A stretch of 64,000 bases of DNA, taken from positions 3,607 to 67,606 of the IMG/VR virus record IMGVR_UViG_3300033068_001182, one strand, 5' to 3'. Position 1 is the stretch's first letter. Each line of letters opens with the position of its first letter. The notes under the pieces are model-generated. The model ran no database searches, was not told the origin of the DNA, and saw only the letters and a list, made by a program, of their open reading frames with translations. Below are positions 60,011 through 64,000 of this stretch, piece after piece. This stretch comes from a virus. The position numbers and the translations under genes were made by a program.

Positions 60011-60094
60011 TTGTTTTAATTGTTATTATAATTATTATAACTAATACATACAATATTAAAAGATATAATACAGGATGTTTATTTATAAAATTTT

Positions 60095-60463
60095 TCATAA
60101 TTTAAGTTTTAAAAATTCTTCGTATAAATAGTTTACTGGATGATATGCTTCTTTTCTATACCACCATTGTCGCATCATCATTTCTGCTAATCCATCTTGA
60201 ACATCTTGTCCAGGATATATCCAAGGATAATTTATATGATTAAATATTTCACCAGATAAATAATTAATACAAAATTCAAACCAGTGAATATTAATATGTT
60301 CAACAGTTAATTCATTTTCAATTTTATAAAAATATAAATAATCTTTATTACCTCCTAATCCTATATTATTACCAAAACCAATATAAGAATATTCAGGAAA
60401 TAATTTTTTACACATAACTAATAAATTCAACTTTTGAATATTAGTTAATTTTATACTATTCAT
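60095..60463 (-). CDS. Early protein, paralog of 60809-61159
   Basis: MCK.LFPEY...HWFEFC...LYEE shared. Confidence 0.6.
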   Translation of the reverse strand: MNSIKLTNIQKLNLLVMCKKLFPEYSYIGFGNNIGLGGNKDYLYFYKIENELTVEHINIHWFEFCINYLSGEIFNHINYPWIYPGQDVQDGLAEMMMRQWWYRKEAYHPVNYLYEEFLKLKL

Positions 60464-60816
60464 ATTTCTTTTATTTGTTGATTTAAAAATTCAGTTTCTC
60501 TTTGTTTAATTAGTTGATTTTTATACATATCAATAATTTCTATAGCCTCTTTTTCAGTATCACAATAAGCTAATACACTTTCAATTAAATCGTGATCTGA
60601 TAAAAATATTGTTCCAATACCTTTATTATTTAACATAATTAATTGAGCCCATCCACTCATTATACCTGATTTGTATTCAGGATAAAATTTAAATAAACCA
60701 CTTTTTAATTGAATAATTTTTAGTCTAAATTCATCTACATAATCTTTATCCAAAGGTTTATCTTTATTAGATCTACCTAATATCCAATTATATAACCTTT
60801 TTATTTGACTATCCAT
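60460..60816 (-). CDS. Hypothetical protein
   Basis: ORF; likely start MDSQIK overlapping upstream gene end. Confidence 0.5.
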   Translation of the reverse strand: MDSQIKRLYNWILGRSNKDKPLDKDYVDEFRLKIIQLKSGLFKFYPEYKSGIMSGWAQLIMLNNKGIGTIFLSDHDLIESVLAYCDTEKEAIEIIDMYKNQLIKQRETEFLNQQIKEI

Positions 60817-61159
60817 GTTTTTTAATTTTTTTATACTCTTCATACAATATATCAATAATAACAGCTTTTGATTTTAATTTAGTCTCATGTAGTGGATAAT
60901 TAAAATCTGTAGTTAAAGCTCCATATCTTTTTAATTCGTAATAAAGATGTATTAAACAAAATTCAAACCAATGAAAACTATCCGCATAATCTTGAGAATG
61001 TTCTTCTATATTTTTCCATCTAATTAATGCATCCACTTGTGTTATATCATTTAGTGTACCATAAGTACTACAAAATTCCCATTTATATTCTGGAAATAAT
61101 GCTTTACACATTTCTAATAATTTAGACTTGTGTTCTTCTGTTAATTCTATTGGTTTCAT
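60809..61159 (-). CDS. Early protein, paralog of 60095-60463
   Basis: MCK.LFPEY...HWFEFC...LYEE shared. Confidence 0.6.
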   Translation of the reverse strand: MKPIELTEEHKSKLLEMCKALFPEYKWEFCSTYGTLNDITQVDALIRWKNIEEHSQDYADSFHWFEFCLIHLYYELKRYGALTTDFNYPLHETKLKSKAVIIDILYEEYKKIKKHG

Positions 61160-61401
61160 ATTATAGGATTAATTTGTTCACATCCTGCTCTACATAGTCC
61201 TTGTAAGCATCTCCAATAACCTCCTGTAGGATATGACGATACCTTATTCATAGCACCATGTTTTATACAGTGTGGAGTTTTTTTTATTTTTATTAATTCA
61301 AAGTTACTATTGTTATCTTCAATTGGAATATATTTAATATGTGTATCTTGAAAATGTTTAAAAGAAGCAGGTGCTGTATCAGGATTGTAAGGATTTTTCA
61401 T
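61156..61401 (-). CDS. Small Cys/His (zinc-binding-like) protein
   Basis: C.KHGAMN...WRC...CRAGC. Confidence 0.55.
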   Translation of the reverse strand: MKNPYNPDTAPASFKHFQDTHIKYIPIEDNNSNFELIKIKKTPHCIKHGAMNKVSSYPTGGYWRCLQGLCRAGCEQINPII

Positions 61402-61677
61402 TTATTCAATTAAAAAGAATTTAAAAGATTTTTCAAGTTTCATTAATGAATCTAATGTTCCATATAATTCATTTTTTAAATAAGCATAATGTCCTGTAAC
61501 ACTTTTAGTTATATCAATTTCTTTAGGTATAATAACAAAATCATTTTGTTTCGTTTTAACAACTGTTCCAATTAATTGACCTCCAATAGTTTTAACAACA
61601 ATTAAACCTTTATCAAAGTCTAACTCGTTTGTATATATTACACTATCTTTTTTTTCTAATAATAATATTTCTTTCAT
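61402..61677 (-). CDS. Hypothetical protein
   Basis: 91-aa ORF. Confidence 0.5.
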   Translation of the reverse strand: MKEILLLEKKDSVIYTNELDFDKGLIVVKTIGGQLIGTVVKTKQNDFVIIPKEIDITKSVTGHYAYLKNELYGTLDSLMKLEKSFKFFLIE

Positions 61678-61678
61678 T

Positions 61679-61816
61679 TTAATAATTATTTAAGTAAATT
61701 GCCCAACATAATAAACCATTAGCAAGTAATTGTTTTTGTAAGTTTAACATTTCTTCTTCTGATTTAACTTCAAGTTTTTGATTATCTTGAGGTCCATAAA
61801 TTTGATATTTTTCCAT
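61679..61816 (-). CDS. Small hypothetical protein (45 aa, not in ORF track)
   Basis: MEKYQIYGPQDNQKLEV...YLNNY*. Confidence 0.4.
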   Translation of the reverse strand: MEKYQIYGPQDNQKLEVKSEEEMLNLQKQLLANGLLCWAIYLNNY

Positions 61817-61834
61817 TATTTTATTTTTTATTTG

Positions 61835-61905
61835 CAAAGGTGGCTAGAGTCGAACTAACATCAAAGGTTTTGGAGACCTCTATTCTACCATTAAACTACA
61901 CCAAT
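61835..61905 (-). tRNA. tRNA-Trp(CCA)
   Basis: Cloverleaf with GAGGT-CTCCAAA-ACCTT anticodon arm, TTCGACT T-loop, G73; two U.U mismatches in the acceptor stem; CCA end not encoded. Confidence 0.8.
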
Positions 61906-61910
61906 GTAAT

Positions 61911-62165
61911 TTATTCCGCTTTTTTATTCTTTTTCTTATCTTTCATATTAATCATTGCCATTATTTGTTTTTTAGCAAATCTATAATGTTGATCTAAAGG
62001 TTTATAATCATTTAACCAGTTTACTTTTTGTAAATCAGTTTTACCAACTAATTCATTAGTAATTTCTTTTACTGCTTTTCTGAATCTTAATAAATTTTTA
62101 TTTACTTTTTTAGTTAATTTACTTGGATCAGTTTCGGTTTTACTTGTTTGATATACTTTTCTCAT
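61911..62165 (-). CDS. Basic hypothetical protein
   Basis: 84-aa Lys-rich ORF. Confidence 0.5.
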   Translation of the reverse strand: MRKVYQTSKTETDPSKLTKKVNKNLLRFRKAVKEITNELVGKTDLQKVNWLNDYKPLDQHYRFAKKQIMAMINMKDKKKNKKAE

Positions 62166-62289
62166 AATTTTTAATTTAATAGTTTAAAATAAATAATAAG
62201 CTCCGTTAGATAGTCCTACGTTATTTAACTACTCCTTTATAACATTTTCGTAATGTGAGTACTTATTATTTATCAACTTAAACAAGTAA

Positions 62290-62478
62290 CTAAATTTCGT
62301 TAATTACTTGGTTTTTAATTCTTAAAATGTCATCAATATCATTAGGATCTTGCATGTGAGCAATTCTTGACCAAAATGTATTAACTGCTTTTTCTGAAAC
62401 ACCTTTAACAAGAGTTTTAATTTGTTTTTCTTTTTTAATTTGTTCTGGTGTTTTATGAACAACTGATTGATATTTCAT
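62290..62478 (-). CDS. Hypothetical protein
   Basis: 62-aa ORF. Confidence 0.45.
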   Translation of the reverse strand: MKYQSVVHKTPEQIKKEKQIKTLVKGVSEKAVNTFWSRIAHMQDPNDIDDILRIKNQVINEI

Positions 62479-62480
62479 AG

Positions 62481-62741
62481 TTATTTACATGCTATAATCC
62501 TTAATACTTTTTTAAAAGGTATATAAGTTTTAGGAGTCATTTTCTTCCAAGCTGATTTAGCTTTATTAACTTCAATATTACCACCTTTTTTTAATTTTAC
62601 AGTAGCTATTACAGTAGGTGGATCAGCTTTTTTAACTGTTTTAATAGTAGAACCAAATTGAGGATAACTACCTTTTGGATTAAAGTTAGCAATAATAGCA
62701 ACTTTTTTGATATTTTTTAATGAAAATTCTTTTTCTCTCAT
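62481..62741 (-). CDS. Basic hypothetical protein
   Basis: 86-aa ORF. Confidence 0.5.
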   Translation of the reverse strand: MREKEFSLKNIKKVAIIANFNPKGSYPQFGSTIKTVKKADPPTVIATVKLKKGGNIEVNKAKSAWKKMTPKTYIPFKKVLRIIACK

Positions 62742-63082
62742 GGTTGTTTGTTTAAGTTTAAGTGATTTATTAAATGATCATAACCTTCACCTCTAATAGG
62801 TGTAGTTTTCATAAAAGAATATTTTTCATCTTCTCCTATTATTAATACTTCATCAACAGGTGCTGTTTGTATTTTATCTAAATTACTAATTCCGTTAGGT
62901 TCTTTTGATAAATAATCTCGTAACTGTTGATTTAATCCTTTTATAGAATAGTTTAAAATATTATCATTATCCTTTTCTTTCATTATCCAATTCATTCCTG
63001 AAAATGCTGGTAATGTTATAAATGGAATTTGATCTTTGTTCAAATCAGATTCTAAAATTGCTAATGAGGTTAAATAACTCAT
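62738..63082 (-). CDS. Hypothetical protein
   Basis: 114-aa ORF. Confidence 0.5.
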   Translation of the reverse strand: MSYLTSLAILESDLNKDQIPFITLPAFSGMNWIMKEKDNDNILNYSIKGLNQQLRDYLSKEPNGISNLDKIQTAPVDEVLIIGEDEKYSFMKTTPIRGEGYDHLINHLNLNKQP

Positions 63083-63120
63083 AATTTATTTGTTTAAGTG
63101 AATAATTAATTGTTTAATTG

Positions 63121-63209
63121 CTGTACAGGTAGGAGTCGAACCTACACGAGAATATACATTCTCACACATGAGACTAACGTGCGTGTCTGCCAAGTTCCAC
63201 CACTGTACA
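63121..63209 (-). tRNA. Class II tRNA-like RNA with non-canonical anticodon loop (GUC, Asp-like)
   Basis: TGTACAG/CTGTACA acceptor, GTG/CAC D stem, CACGT-TAGTCTC-ATGTG anticodon arm, GAGAAT/ATTCTC variable arm, GTAGG-TTCGACT-CCTAC T arm, G73. Confidence 0.8.
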
Positions 63210-63222
63210 TTGTTTATAAACT

Positions 63223-63380
63223 AACAAGATGTGTTGTTACACCAAAGGTATGTCTGAATCAGGTACAATTATAGTTCATTAGCCTACGTCCCTGACATTA
63301 CTATAGTGTCTAAACGGTCAGTCTAAGAGAGCTATCCCACTCTTTAAATGATGGCTACTTCTAAGCCTACATTTCTTGTT
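63223..63380 (-). ncRNA. Stand-alone mimic of the 23S rRNA uL11-binding domain (H43-H44) with a 96-nt insert
   Basis: AUGUAGGCUUAGAAGUAGCCAUCAUUUAAAGAGU...GUGUAACAACACA closed by AACAAGA/UCUUGUU; matches E. coli 23S ~1051-1108. Confidence 0.8.
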
Positions 63381-63668
63381 TCTAAGTTTATAATGTTTAT
63401 AAAAATATAACATTGGGCTATATTCTTTATCTAGAATAAGAATACTCTCGGAGCTTTACAATCTGCTTATAGCTTAGATAATTCCTCCAATGTTATATTA
63501 ATGTTTTAAAATAAAAATAGATGTGCTTATTCTGTTGATATTACACTAAATTACTTATTCCTTCTATTTTTATTAATAATATCAAATTACTGAAGTGATT
63601 ATAAGTGATCAACTCTCTTCAATCTTGGTTCATATGATATTATTTATACTGGTGATTAAACAGTATTG

Positions 63669-63742
63669 TTGACTCTACAGGATTTGAACCTGTGACCTAC
63701 TGATTATGAGTCAGTTGCTCTAACCAACTGAGCTAAGAGTCA
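63669..63742 (-). tRNA. tRNA with CAT anticodon (probably Ile2/lysidine type; elongator Met possible)
   Basis: TGACTCT/AGAGTCA acceptor, ACTGA-CTCATAA-TCAGT anticodon arm, ACAGG-TTCAAAT-CCTGT T arm, A73. Confidence 0.9.
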
Positions 63743-64000
63743 TTACTAACACCCGGTAAATCAGGATTAGTATCTTTATGCTATAACAAATCACATCGCA
63801 TATTACAGCTTATTTAAATGTTTCATTATTATTTACATCAGGATCAATGTTTAGCCTGTTTGTTTTTTAAAAAATCATCTGTCCAATTTTCAGTGGAATA
63901 CCATCATAGTTTTTAATGACTCACACATCCTTGCAGGGTATTTCACCATACAGAGTACTAGGTATCTCTACAATAAACAACAGCTTCTGAATCAGCTTAT

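Noticed and set aside
63121-63209. Ordinary tRNA-Leu(TAG)
   Set aside because: TAG occupies loop positions 32-34 in the only register where the anticodon stem pairs, and the discriminator is G rather than A
63318-63342. Proximal GAGUGGGAUAGCUCUCUU as the H44 equivalent of the mimic
   Set aside because: It lacks the GUAA loop and cannot close the outer AACAAGA stem; the distal GUGUAACAAC fits better, though an alternative fold cannot be excluded
63223-63380. Genuine rRNA gene or host rRNA contamination
   Set aside because: Similarity is limited to ~60 nt, split by a 96-nt insert, closed by a non-rRNA stem and flanked by phage tRNAs
1-64000. CRISPR array, diversity-generating retroelement, integrase or IS element
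   Set aside because: No regularly spaced direct repeats, reverse transcriptase, recombinase or transposase motifs were recognised by eye

Overview
This AT-rich 64 kb window is part of a crAss-like (Crassvirales-related, phi14:2-type) podovirus genome, probably infecting Bacteroidota; it reads in standard code 11. The + strand (1-23980) is the virion module: end of a probable ring/tail protein, a muzzle/tail-stabilisation protein apparently split into two ORFs around cadherin/Ig-like domains, three cargo (ejection) proteins and a 3213-aa virion RNA polymerase (DFDVD motif plus a zincin HExxH). A bidirectional terminator at about 24010-24036 separates it from the - strand early/middle module (24020-64000). 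That module carries nucleotide-metabolism genes, a 5'-3' exonuclease split by a group I intron with a GIY-YIG endonuclease, primase/SSB/ATPase/helicase, a PRS-like + NAMPT-like pair (NARP1-like NAD+ reconstitution), class II RNR, a phiEco32-like amidoligase/ATP-grasp cluster, family B DNA polymerase, small early genes and an RNA cluster. The most striking features are in the RNA cluster: a stand-alone mimic of the 23S rRNA GTPase-associated centre (uL11-binding H43/H44, with the known base-triple covariation and a 96-nt insert) lies 13 nt upstream of a class II tRNA-like RNA with a non-canonical GUC anticodon loop. All calls come from reading motifs and base pairing by eye; no searches were run.
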